64,000 nt of DNA from Okamejei kenojei (Eukaryota). The notes beneath the pieces are model-generated. The model worked only from the letters and a program-made list of their open reading frames with translations, made no database searches and was not told where the DNA came from. The translations under genes were made by a program, and so were the position numbers. Where the stretch lies: contig CM069143.1 in the NCBI GenBank assembly GCA_035221665.1, forward strand, positions 45,322,001 to 45,386,000. Direction: 5' to 3'. Shown piece after piece: positions 12,618 to 24,199 of the stretch (positions are counted from its first letter, which is position 1; each line of letters opens with the position of its first letter).

Positions 12618-13300
12618 AGTCATAGAGACATACAGCATAGAGAAAGGCCCTTCGGCCAAACTCATCCAATGCCAACCAAGATGTCCCATCCAAGTCTTAC
12701 TTGACCGCACCTGGCCTATTCGTTCTAAACCTTTAATATCCATGTAAATGTCCAAATGTCTTTTAAATTTTGTTATTATACCTGCCTTAATTAATTCCTC
12801 TGGCAGCTCATTCCATATACATGCCACCCTCTGTGAAAAAGTCACTCCTCCATTCGAATTAAATCGTTCCCTTTAAACCTATGCACTCCAGTTCTTGATT
12901 CCCCTACCATTCACCCTGCCTATTACCATGATTTTAAACACCTCTGTACGATCACGTCTCTGCCTCTTGCACTCCAAGGAATAAAATCCTAGGATGCCCA
13001 ATCTCTCCCTGTAGTTCACACTCTGGCAATATCCTTGTCTATATTGTCTGCAATCTTTCCAGCTTAATGGCATATTTCGTATACCCTGATGACCAAGAAT
13101 GAATACAGTACTCCAAGTGCAGTCTCACCAATATCTTGTCGATATCACTACAATATAACATCCCGACTTCCATACGCAATTCCCTGACCAATGAAGACCA
13201 GCATGCTAAAAACCTTCTTCACTATCCTATCTACCTGTGACGCCACTTTCAGTGCACTTTATACCTATGTTCCGAGTTTCCTTTGCTCTACAGCATTCCC
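12618..13300 (-). mobile_element. CR1 RT/3' fragment
   Basis: ORFs FSQRVACIWNELPEE and YRERLGILGFYSLE; tail at left end. Confidence 0.8.
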
Positions 13301-13351
13301 TAGGGTCTTACCTTAGGACTGGAGACCCACGTCACTTGAACACCATCCCTG

Positions 13352-13443
13352 GTGTTCTCCAGAGATGCTGCCTGAACCACTGAGTTACTCCAGCACTTTG
13401 TGTCTTTTTTGTAAACCAGCATCTGCGGTTCCTTGTTTCTACA
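13352..13443 (+). mobile_element. Penelope pseudo-LTR fragment
   Basis: ctccagagatgctgcctg...gagttactccagcactttgtgtc...gcatctgcggttccttg. Confidence 0.7.
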
Positions 13444-13887
13444 TGTCATTAACATCCTGTTTCTCTTTCTTCGCAAACTACTGCAGCAATTTTCACTCCA
13501 CAATAAATATTATCCCAAACCCCGCTGCATTCTTTCTACTGAAAATCAATCTCAGCTCCTCAGAAACCTCCTCCACTTTTTCTTTGTCTTTTCATGTGTC
13601 AGAAAAGCATGAATTAGATGCTAGTCCTGCCTTGACAAACTCCAGCCTACATTCACCGAGCTGAAGCAGTGTGACTGAGCCAGCATGATGGAGCACAAAA
13701 AAATAAGTATGAAGCAAGAGGGTCAAGAGCTTGCTGACAGGATTTCCAAGCTATGATGAAGTATCTGGGAATCTGGATCCCATAAGTCCTGCTTTCAAGA
13801 ATGTTTAAATTATATTCATGCAGCATGTAGCGTGGTACATTTGTGGAATGAGTTGCCAAAGAAAGTAGTTGAGGTAGATAAAGTAAA

Positions 13888-13965
13888 CTATTTTCAAGAC
13901 ATTTGGACAGGTGCTATTTTCAAGACATTTGGACAGGTGCTATTTTCAAGACATTTGGACAGGTG
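13888..13965 (+). repeat. Perfect 26-bp tandem triplication inside CR1
   Basis: ctattttcaagacatttggacaggtg x3. Confidence 0.95.
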
Positions 13966-13989
13966 CATGGGTAGGAAAGGTTTAGAGGG

Positions 13990-14230
13990 AAGATACACAC
14001 AAAATGCTGGAGTAACTCAGCAGGTCAGGCAGCATCACTGGAGAAAAAGGATGGGTGACATTTCAGATCAGAACCCTTCTTCAGACTCATCTGAATCTTC
14101 AGTGGGAAGAAGGGTTCCGACCCGAAACGCCACCCATCCTTTTTCTCCAGGAATGCTGCCTGAGCCACTCAGTTACTTCAGCACTTTATGTCTATCTTCG
14201 GTATAAACCAGAATCTGCAGTTCCTTCCAA
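13990..14230. mobile_element. Fold-back Penelope pseudo-LTR insert with hammerhead cores on both arms
   Basis: 13990-14086 is the reverse complement of about 14102-14198, with a short spacer. Confidence 0.8.
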
Positions 14231-14787
14231 CGTAAGGGTTAGTGGGATATGGGTCAAACAAGGGCAAATGGGACCATCTTGATTGGCATGAACGAGTTGG
14301 GCCAAAGGATTGATTTCCATGCTGTATGACTCTATGATTCTAAGTGGTGGTGAAAACCTGTTAATTGTTTTACCAGCTTTTCTCAGCTAGCACTAGTACC
14401 ACCATTGGGTGTTTGGAATTCACCTAGCAACCACGTGACTGTACTATTCTCATAATCGAATTTAGGCCCCATCTTATTCTCAGATCACTTACCTCAGAAT
14501 TTTGCAGGATCTTTCTCTCCATTGAAACTACATCGTAAATAATAATTTGCTGGCCGCTGGTTTTTGACAGAAATCCTGATAAATCATCAGAGTGATTGGG
14601 ATCCCAGTCTGTCTCAGTATACTAGTTAATTTGGCAAATAAATTGTGCAAAACTGTGACTGTAACCAAATGGTGGTACACATGACCTTTTAAATAATGTT
14701 CAATTTGAGCCTACTTTGTTATTAAGAGATAGTCTTTCTAGGAGAGAGCAGCACGATTCAGAAACATTGGGTGAACTGGACAGTTGT

Positions 14788-15845
14788 AGAATCATGGAAC
14801 ACAGGGACAGACCCTTTGCCCCATCTCATCCATGCTGACCACATTGCCTTCCTGGGTTAGTCCCATTTATCTGCATTTTCCCAAATCCCTCCAAACCTTA
14901 TCTGTCCATTTCTAAAAGTATTTTAAGCATTGTAATTGTTCCCACCTCTGCCACCTCCTGCGACAATTCATTGGATATACCCACCACCTTCTGTGTGTAA
15001 AACTTGCTCTCAGCTACCCTTTAAATCTTTCTCCCCACATGTTAAACCTATGCCCTTTATTTTTAGACACCCCTGCCCTGGAAGAAAGAGTATGACCATA
15101 GATATGACCTTACCTCAGCCCCTCATTATTTTATAAACCTCTGTAAGGTCACCCCTCAGCCTCCTTTGTTGCAAGGAAAATAGTCCCAGCCTATCCAGCC
15201 TCACCTCATAATTCAAGCGCCCTAGTCCTGGTTACATAACTGTAGATGGCACTTCACCCTCTCTTGCTTAATCACATCTTTCCGAAAGTATGATGATCAA
15301 AAATGCACACAATATTCCAGGGAGGGTCTCACCAACATCTTGTAACATGACATCCCAGCTCTTGTTCTCAGTGCCCCAACCAACAAAGGCAAATGTACCA
15401 TATTATATGTATTTGCCGCTTTGCCTAACTATGTTACCAGTTCAGAGAAATATGTACTTGTACCTTTTGTGCAAGTGTTCTACAACACTCCTCAAGTTCC
15501 TGTCATTTACTGTGCAAATCCTGCCCTGGTTTAACACACCAAAATAATCACCTTGCATGTGTCTGAGTTATGTTCCCTTTGCCCTCTTTCCCTATTGATC
15601 TAGATTCTGTTGTAACTTTAGACAAGCTTCCTCACTGTCCACCACATCTCCAATTATGGTGACGTCCGCCAAACTTACTAATCAAGCCACCTGCATTTTC
15701 ATCCAAATTGTTAATGTATTTGACAACTGCAAAGACCTATCATTGATCCGTGAGGCACACCACTGGTCATCAGCTTCCGATCTGACAAACACCCTCTGAC
15801 TACTGTCCCCAAGCCAAATTTTGATCCAAACAAAGCCAATTTTAC
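14788..15845 (-). mobile_element. CR1 RT/3' fragment
   Basis: Reverse-strand remnants of SGVPQGS (15740-15765), SKFADxxxIGG (15648-15682) and 3' tail. Confidence 0.75.
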
Positions 15846-17098
15846 AGCCACTGGGAAAAGTGAAATAAAGTGTACGAATTCCTTGCATCAAAAGTTCGTC
15901 CTCATTAACAACCAGCTCTCACTTACTGAGTAGTGTGTGCAAAGTTGGTTAATGCTGTGTTACATCTATGCAATGTTATTTTCTGGAGTTCAAGGCAAAT
16001 AGATTTCAGTGTCAAGCAACCCTCAGTGTAAAAACACATTTTGTTTTGAGTTCGCAGCTAGTTGACTCTTAGTTTTTTTAAATCATTGATGAAGGAAGTA
16101 AAATTCATTTTAGGATCGTTATTGCAGGTTGTCTGAAACTATGAGAACGTTTTGAATTTTAACTAATGAAGAAAATGATTACAATTATGTGCATTCATAA
16201 AACCATTTGGAACAAACTCTGGAGACCTAGAATTGTGTGTTGTATGCTGCACTGTGTATTGTTTCAATTTTGGTGACCATTATGAAATGATTTTGCTTTA
16301 ACCATTATACTTTACCCTTCAAAAAGTACGCACAATCAATTGTGAGTTACCAAGCTGTTTTTAAGGATGATGTGATTTATGTTTCCTACGTTGCTATGGT
16401 GATATGATGGGACATTTTATTTTTCTCCTCCTTATTTTCCCACATTTCCTCCTGATTCTTATGAAAGCACCGAATCCCCGCTGGTTTGGATTCTTCAGGC
16501 ACTAAATGTCCTCCTATATACGGTTGCCGAGACTGAATTGCCGTAAGTGCAATCAGGCAATTCACTCACAGAGAGCAACACAATGCATGTCCTGTTCACA
16601 TTCAATAATTGCACATGTGCACTTTAATCTGCTGTCATTTTAAAAAGTGATGTTGTCGGTGTACATTTTGCTGAAAGTGAATTTGTGCAAAACATGATTT
16701 GTGGAATCCACTTGCATACCCAGAGTTACCGCTAGGCGTACTGAGAAAACCAATATCAATATGCTGTCAGGGGGGATAAAAGTAATAATTAAACTTGAAC
16801 CAATATATGTTAATGTTCAGCTACACTACTTCAGTAATTATGTTACTTTATCATCTTAAATAGCTCTATTACAATCACAACTTTGACAGACTTTCAGAAT
16901 TTCACCTTAATGTTACACAGTGCTGAATATATTCTTTAGACACAACCTAATCTAGAAGGATTAAATCAGCAATTCTATTGCTCGTTGTATTTCACTGTTC
17001 AAATTTGCCTGACACTGAATTTTCAATTGGCTGATATTAATGGCTGCTTTTCAGCACAATTGTCGTAAAAGTAATACTGGAAATACATAAAATGCATA

Positions 17099-17747
17099 CG
17101 TAGACAAAAATGCTGGAGAAACTTAGCGGGTGAGGAACCATCTATGGAGCGAAGGAAATAGGCAACGTTTCGGGTCGAAACTCTTCTTCAGACTGATGTG
17201 GGGGGGGGGGGGGGGGGTAGAAAGGAAGAGGTAGTGCCAGTGGGCTGAGGGAGAGCTGAGAAGGGGAGGAGAAAGTAGGGACCACCTGAAATTAGAGAAA
17301 TCGATATTCATACCACTGGGGTGCAAACTGCCCAAGCGAAATATGAGGTGCTGCTCCTCCAATTTACGGTGGTCCTGACTCTGGCCATCGAGGAGGCGCA
17401 GGACTGAAGGGTCAATTCATCCCTTCCAACCCGTACCACCACCCCGTCTCCGGGCACTTTCCCTTGCAACCGCAGGAAATGCTACACTTGTTGCTTTACC
17501 TTCCCCCTTCATTCAAGGACCCAAGCAGTCTTTCCAGGTGCGGCAGAGGTTCACCTGCACCTCCTCCAATCTCATCTATTGCATCCGCTGCTCTAGATGT
17601 CAGCTGCTCTACATCGGTGAGATCAAGCGTAGGCTTGGCGATCGCTTCGCCGAACACCTCCGCTCGGTTCGCAATAACCAACCTGATCTCCCGGTGGCTC
17701 AGCACTTCAACTCCCCCTCCCATTCTGAATCCGACCTTTCTGTCCTG
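17099..17747. mobile_element. Penelope element fragment: inverted pseudo-LTR (17099-17415, -) joined to GIY-YIG endonuclease region (17420-17747, +)
   Basis: FTCTSSNLIYCIRCSRCQLLYIGEIKRRLGDRFAEH is a Penelope GIY-YIG signature; minus ORF EEQHLIFRLGSLHPSGMNIDF is the ORF C-terminus; hammerhead core at 17161-17193 (-). Confidence 0.9.
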
Positions 17748-17950
17748 AGTGAATCTGTGGAATTCATTGCAACATATGACTATGGAGGCCAAGTCATTGG
17801 GTATTTTAAAAGTGGAGATTGACAGATTCTTGATTCGTAAGGGTGTCAAGAGCTATGGAGAGAAGGCAAGAGAATGGGTAAAGATAGATCAGCCACGATT
17901 GAATGGCATAGTATACTTGATTGGCAGAAAGGCCTAATTCTCCTCCGATG
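17748..17950 (+). mobile_element. CR1 3' end fused to the Penelope fragment
   Basis: NLWNSL...KVEIDRFLIRKGVKSYG. Confidence 0.75.
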
Positions 17951-18071
17951 ATTTTTAAAAAATGTTTTAAAAAGTGCTCTTTTCTCAATATGAGACACAT
18001 ATTCTGGTATCACATATCATGATGACAAAATACTGGTAATTTGTAACATCCAATTCTGCAATAAAGCTTAC

Positions 18072-18388
18072 CATGCAACCGGCAAAATAGCATCTTCAAA
18101 ATATCATCTATTACTGTTGACAATGTGTACAAGATATTGGAAAACACAAGTTTTAAATCATAGTGTAAGATTGAAGTATTTTAAAGTAGTGTGTTAAACA
18201 GCCAAAAAGGCAACGGTCTGGAAAATGCTGGTTTCCTTCCGATATCAATATTGAGGTGGCTGTTTACAATTGGTTTCGACAACCCTGAACCGGGAGAAGT
18301 AAAAGTCACTCTGACGAGGATAATACTCCATCAACCACTTGCGGAAAAGGTGCATTAGAGGCTACATGATGAGGAACCCATTTGTTTC
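18072..18388 (-). other. Candidate non-coding (5' UTR) exon of a minus-strand host gene
   Basis: Unique sequence bounded by cattgcag| acceptor and gcATG|gtaagc donor; no recognisable protein. Confidence 0.3.
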
Positions 18389-19099
18389 TGCAATGATGAC
18401 AACCATTTTCATATAATCTACAAGTATTCACTTTGACCGCTCGCTTTAAAGATTGACAACTGGATGGCATTTAGAATTATAATCTAGAAAATGTCAATAC
18501 TTAACGTAGGATTGGGGAGATGTTTTAGGAAGCAAACTAGTGCTGTCCCTGGATGTGCTGTGGAAGAACTTGGAAAGACTAAAAGTTGGCAAGACGAAAA
18601 GGAGATCAGGAATGTATCTTCAGCCACTTAACGGGTTTATCGCCTGCAGTATTATGTATGGCAGAAATTATATGGTTTCATTTTGCACTGGTATGCAATA
18701 GACATTGCAAAATAAACAGTAACTAAAGCACATCTTAAGCAAGCCTTTTAACAATAGGCGAGATAATTTTTTTTTGCAAATCAGTTAATTTCACAAACTC
18801 AATTACAAGAAAAAAAGCAAGATATAAGTATATTGAGCAAGATATGAGGGACTAATTGAAAAGTAAAGGGACATGGTTACAGGGAATATAGTTATATCGG
18901 CTTAATTATTCTGCAGCTACCTTTTTCATTATAATACAGGCTACATTTTGAGAAAATAATTATAATCTCTCTCACCAAAAGCAACCATTCACTGCCAGAG
19001 ACACGAAAGCAAAGACTTGAATAATTTTGAACATACTACAAAAATGTTAAATCCCAGCTAGACCAACGAATGATAAGGAGGATTGGCTTAACTCTAAAT

Positions 19100-19710
19100 A
19101 TAAGATCATAAGGTCATACCATAAGAGTAGAATTAAGTCATTTGGCCCATCGAGTCTACACTGCCATTCAATCATGATCTATATTTCCCTCTCAACCCCA
19201 CTCTCCTGCCTTCTCCGCATATCTTTTGACACCCTTATTAATCAATAATCTATCAATCTCCACTTTAAAAAATACTCAAAAACGACCTCCATAGCTGTTT
19301 GTGGCAATTACTTCCACAGATTCACCATCCTCTGGCTAAATAGATTCATCATCATCCTTCTAAACTCCAGTGAGTACAGGCCCAGAGCCATCAAAAGTTC
19401 ATCATATGTTAACCCAATCATCAGTGGGATTATTAGTAGTAAATGCCTACTAGGTTCTGTGTGCCGAAGCAAAGCAAGAATTTCATTGTCCTATCGGGAC
19501 ACATGACAATAAACTCACTTGAACTTGAACTTATTCTCGTAAACCTCCTCTCAACCCTCTCCAACAATAGCACATGCCTCCTCAGATATGGGGCCCAAAA
19601 CGGTTCACAATATTCCAAATGCAGTCTGACCAGTGCCTTATAAAGCCTCAGTATTACATCCATGCTATTTTAATCCTCTCAAAATAAATACTAACATTGC
19701 ATTTTGCCTT
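19100..19710 (-). mobile_element. CR1 3' fragment with inserted Rex1-like tail (about 19433-19532, +)
   Basis: LYKALVRLHLEYCxxFWAPY; the insert ends in aataaa...(cttgaa)n. Confidence 0.75.
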
Positions 19711-20265
19711 TCTTACTTTTGATGCATTGAATGGTACAAAATAAATCAGACATGAACATGGCATGATTGAACACTGACTTTATTAAAAACTAACAGATTT
19801 TGGCTTAAACCACACAGGCGGCCAAAATTAGCTGATAGAACTATGGATAGTAAGGCCTGAGTGTAACAATGGGCAGAACCTCACAAGGAAGCAAAATGGG
19901 CAAAGACAGCAAAGGAAATCAATCATGGCAGCCCCCAAACATCCAAGTGTTCACGCTGATTAACACACAATGAAAGATGGGAGCAACGGTGGATACGCTG
20001 TGCACTGCTTACAAGATTACCCTAATAGTGTTTTAAAATATTTTCTGAAGGCTGTACTTCGAAGACTCAATAGAAATATCTCTAGAGCTAAGGATAACCT
20101 ATTTTACATTTCCATTATAATTTTGCAAGATTGAATTATTACAAAGTTTACTCTAATGAAAGTCTTCCCTCAAAAATCCAATATCTGCAAGCTACTGTGT
20201 GTTATCAATTGTGAAATCATGGCTTGCCATGCTACTAAAGTGCTCTGCATTCAGCAATGGACCCA

Positions 20266-20470
20266 GAGAAAGACATAAAGTACTGGAGTAACTCAGTGGG
20301 TCAGGTAGCATCCCTGCAGAGCATGGATAGGTGGCGTTTCGGATTGGGACCTTTCTTCACACTCAACCCAAAACGTCATCTATCAATGTTCTCCAGGGGT
20401 GCTGCCTGACCTGCCGAATTACTTCAACACTTTGTGTTCTTCTTTTGTAAACTAGTTCCTGGTTTCTATA
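20266..20470. mobile_element. Fold-back Penelope pseudo-LTR insert
   Basis: 20270-20345 is the reverse complement of about 20366-20440. Confidence 0.7.
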
Positions 20471-21593
20471 ATGCTCGCCTAGATTTTTATACGTCTTCAA
20501 AGCCTATACGCAAACTGATTATGATCAAATAATAACTTATTTTCCATGCACCAAACACAGTTCTCTCAATTATAAATGCCAGATTGTTCAGCAATTATAA
20601 AGCAATTGTTCAGACCGAAAGGTCTGAATGACAAAAATAAAATTCAATTCAATTCAATTCAGATCCAGCTCATGCACAACATCCTTCTTTCTGCTCACAA
20701 TCAGAATATCACATACGACAAGTTCACACTGCTATCAAATGGTGTGGTGCGGTCACCTCAGGTGGTACAGGGCATGGGGTTGTGTTGCTAAGTGGAAATG
20801 TTATTGCTTAGTAACCAGGCAATGGTAGTCTTATAGTCTTCTTCCTAACCAGGTGGCCGACAATTGAAAATTTGAACTAAGATTTTGCTAACTATTTTAC
20901 TTCGGAGTCACGTGAGTGACTACGTGAAGAAGCCCCGCCTGGCGCTGGAACGGCATTACGTCGACGCTGACGGCAGAAGCAAGAGCTGCAGAGGCTAGCT
21001 CGTCGACAGCGGTAGGTACGGAACTGGCAGGTAAGTGCAGTTGAAAAACTTTTAGGGTCTGGAAAACTCCGTGCCTGGTGTATTGAACCAGGATTTAAAA
21101 TGAATTTAAAAACAAAAATAAAATAAAAGATTAAAATAGAACAGAAATACTCTGTATAAAACAACGGAGTTTAAAAAAGAACGTCCCGGGGGAATACCCA
21201 GCGATCGGGATGGGAGATAAATTACGGAGCCGGTTCCGATACTGGTGACCGTTAAAATTACGTTAGGGAGTTTTAGATGCTCCACAAACTTTTGGCAGGG
21301 GGGGAAATTTTAAATAAGTCAGAAAGGCCATAATTTAAAAAAGTTAATAAAGGCCTTCAGACAGAAAATTATGGAAATATTCCCTAACCTACCCTAAGGG
21401 GGTTTCACATATAAAGAGAAAAAAAAAAATATGATGAAATATGATGGGAATATCTACCTCAGATATTTCTGAAGGTAGTCTCCTTGAGGGGAAAAAACTC
21501 AGGAGAAACAAGGGCAGTGAAAAATAAAATGGAAAAACTGACCCTAAAAATGCACTGATAGTGGTGGCTGGTCCTGAAGTACCCACCACAGCA

Positions 21594-21596
<3 letters not shown>

Positions 21597-21641
<45 letters not shown>
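21597..21641. repeat. (TA)n microsatellite inside DIRS
   Basis: Direct reading. Confidence 0.95.
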
Positions 21642-21646
<5 letters not shown>

Positions 21647-22123
21647 GTGAATGCACAACACCTGAATAAGAAGTGAGGCCACGAAAAGTAAACATGGAAA
21701 CTAAAAACTCACCAAAGCTGTAATGATTGAAACAGCGGAATATGATAAAACTTTATGTTTTATAAAGATATCAACGGTGAATCCGTTTATGATATCCATG
21801 TCTCAAATTATATGAGATATAAGGAAATACAATTTCAAAGTATTTCAAACTGGTGCATGGCATTACTATTCAAAAAGAAAAAAATAAAAAAATAAAAAAA
21901 TAATAAAATAAAACGTTGTGCAAATAACTAATATTTTTAAAATAAAATAAATTGCCATCAGTTTGTGGAGCTCAATGGGAAGAAATATATAATATTAATT
22001 ACCAAATCTGCAGTCTAGATTCACAGATTAATACAAATCAGGTTATGTTAAACTCCTGATTATTATGGAATAAACCTGCTTTATGATAAATCAAAGATAT
22101 TGATTACAAAAGAACAGACTACT

Positions 22124-22263
22124 GATCTTTAAACTTTGGGGGAAAAACTATGATCCAATGAAAGATTTGATAATGGATCAAAACAAAGGCAAAGATCTTT
22201 AAACTTTGGGGGAAAAACTATGATCCAAAGAATGATTTGATAATGGATCAAAACCAAGGCAGA
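22124..22263 (+). repeat. 70-bp tandem duplication inside DIRS
   Basis: gatctttaaactttgggggaaaaactatgatcca... starts at 22124 and 22194. Confidence 0.9.
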
Positions 22264-22539
22264 AGTGGTATAATCCAACATAGCCTTATCCAAACCCATA
22301 CAATGGGGAAAGAAGGCTTGAAGTACGTTGAAGAGGTGCAAACATCTTGTTACAAAATAAGTTCATGAGATCTCCAATTGTGGGGGATTACAGGTGTATT
22401 ATGATCATTAATTTAATATAACTAAGAAAGGAATGGTTCACCTGTATAAGAAAACCTTAAAAATTGATTTTAGGTTTGCACTCAAAAGTAACTCCAATAA
22501 AGAAGGGGTACGTACATATATATTATAAAATTACCTCAG

Positions 22540-23880
22540 TGTAAATATTTGATGGTATAAACCATACAAAACATCATTTTATATACACTTTCACAGTGTA
22601 AGAACATTTTATTAAAATGGAAACATCTTGAACATTGAAATACAGTTGCTATTAACAAATTGTTAATCAATATTACAGGTGCTTGAAATTAATTAAAATG
22701 GGTCAAGCTGTGCAAGTTAAAACATTGTCCAAAGGATTAAACCAGTTCAAGGCTGTTAAACAGAATACTGGAAGAACAATTATGCTGATAAAAGATCAGC
22801 ACTTGCACTAATGAGGTCAAGATCATGGGTTATCTTGATTACATTTAAATTGGAAGGTTATAAGAGTCAGCTGCAAATTAGTGCTGCAATTACAAATCTG
22901 TTGGAGGGCAAGGACCTGACCCATTACATAAAGCGTATGCTTAGGCATTAATAAAATATTCATAAATTACTATTCTGAATTTAGAAGTAATTCAGCACCA
23001 TAAGAGGGGGAAAATTGCTCCATGATACAAATATGTCTCGTTGTTGTTGACATACTTTGTCCCTCCATTAGGTTAGGTAAAGAGTAAATAAAGCTCCAAA
23101 AGAAGGAATACAGAAGCTTATAAGAATATGTATGCCTTTGTGAGAGGCTTATGCAAATATCAAATGATACGTTATCATTATTAAAGTAATGTAAAAAAGG
23201 TTCACAAGCTGCTTCAACTATAAGCTTAACAGCTGTTGCAAACTGAAGCAAGTGTTACAGATGATGTACAGCTTCTGTGAATGTTTGGTGATACATTTCT
23301 TGTTGGGACTGCGGACAATAATACCAGGTGAGCATAAATGGATTGTCCTAAAAAATTTTCCAAACATTTGTATTAATTATTGAAGTATAAGGAGTTATGG
23401 ATTAAATATCGATTGTTTTATTATGGAAGTGTCCATGTCATATCAAGGTGAATAATACCACGGCTGTGGCATATGTTAAAACACACAAGATAAGTCAAAT
23501 AATAATCATGGGACTATCTGAGTAAACAGATGTGGCATATTCTAAAGTTTTAGTCCAGCTGTTTATCTCTAAAGAAGAGACAATGGTATCGGAGACAACA
23601 AATTTAGGGAGGAAAACACATTGTCATTAATATGGATTACTTACGATTAATCTGGTTGCATACAGATTAAATCACCGATCTTTCAAATGTTCTTGTGGGT
23701 AAACCAAGTACAGGAAAGGTGGATGCTTTTCTCTCAATCACATGAGGAAAAGATGTTATTTTGTGTTCCTCATTTTGTTGATAGGGCAGTGTCTGATGAA
23801 AATGTAGCAGTACACTGCCAGATGCATTTTGGTGGCCCAATACGGATCCTTCATGGTTTCATTAATATTGAGTGATGTTG
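22540..23880 (+). pseudogene. Degenerate DIRS RT-RNaseH-adenine methylase region
   Basis: HFIKMET (22605-22625), YRCLKLIKMGQAVQVKTLSKGL (about 22674-22739), IMGYLDYI (22822-22845; YLDD remnant), NNTTAVAYVK (23451-23480; DNTTAVAYIN), INLVAYRLNH (23646-23675) and VDAF (23719-23730); many stops and frameshifts. Confidence 0.8.
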
Positions 23881-23917
23881 AACCACTTGTGATGATTCAT
23901 AGTTGCAGTAATTTATT

Positions 23918-24013
23918 AAAGTCTGAGGAAGGGTCTCGACCCGGGGCGTTGCCTGTCTCCTTTCGCTCCTTGGATGCTGCTGCACCCGCTGGGTTCTCCA
24001 GTTTTGTGTAACC
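23918..24013 (+). mobile_element. Penelope pseudo-LTR insert inside DIRS, A-to-G altered
   Basis: Family match; flanked by tgcagtaatt at 23904-23913 and 24015-24024. Confidence 0.8.
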
Positions 24014-24199
24014 CTGCAGTAATTATTGTTGTACAAAGGCATCCATGACATGAGAATATGAATTTGACTATCTGCAGGTTGACCAGACCATTACAACAGT
24101 TTGATGGTCAAAGAAGTCTAGGAATGTTTAACTAATATAACAACATAACAATAAAATAATTATGTATAAAAGAAGTGTTATACCTGCAATTTGCAGAAA

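Larger units (their letters stand above)
13830..14342 (+). mobile_element. CR1 3' end, interrupted by a fold-back Penelope insert
   Basis: LWNELP...RHLDRCMGRKGLEG; resumes after 14232 and ends in ctatgattcta. Confidence 0.75.

Noticed and set aside
13888-13965. Repeat array as CRISPR-like
   Set aside because: No spacers, lies inside CR1, eukaryotic context.
16461-16505. MKAPNP... start resembling an IL1RAPL1-like signal peptide
   Set aside because: In-frame stop after 14 codons; the similarity is coincidental.
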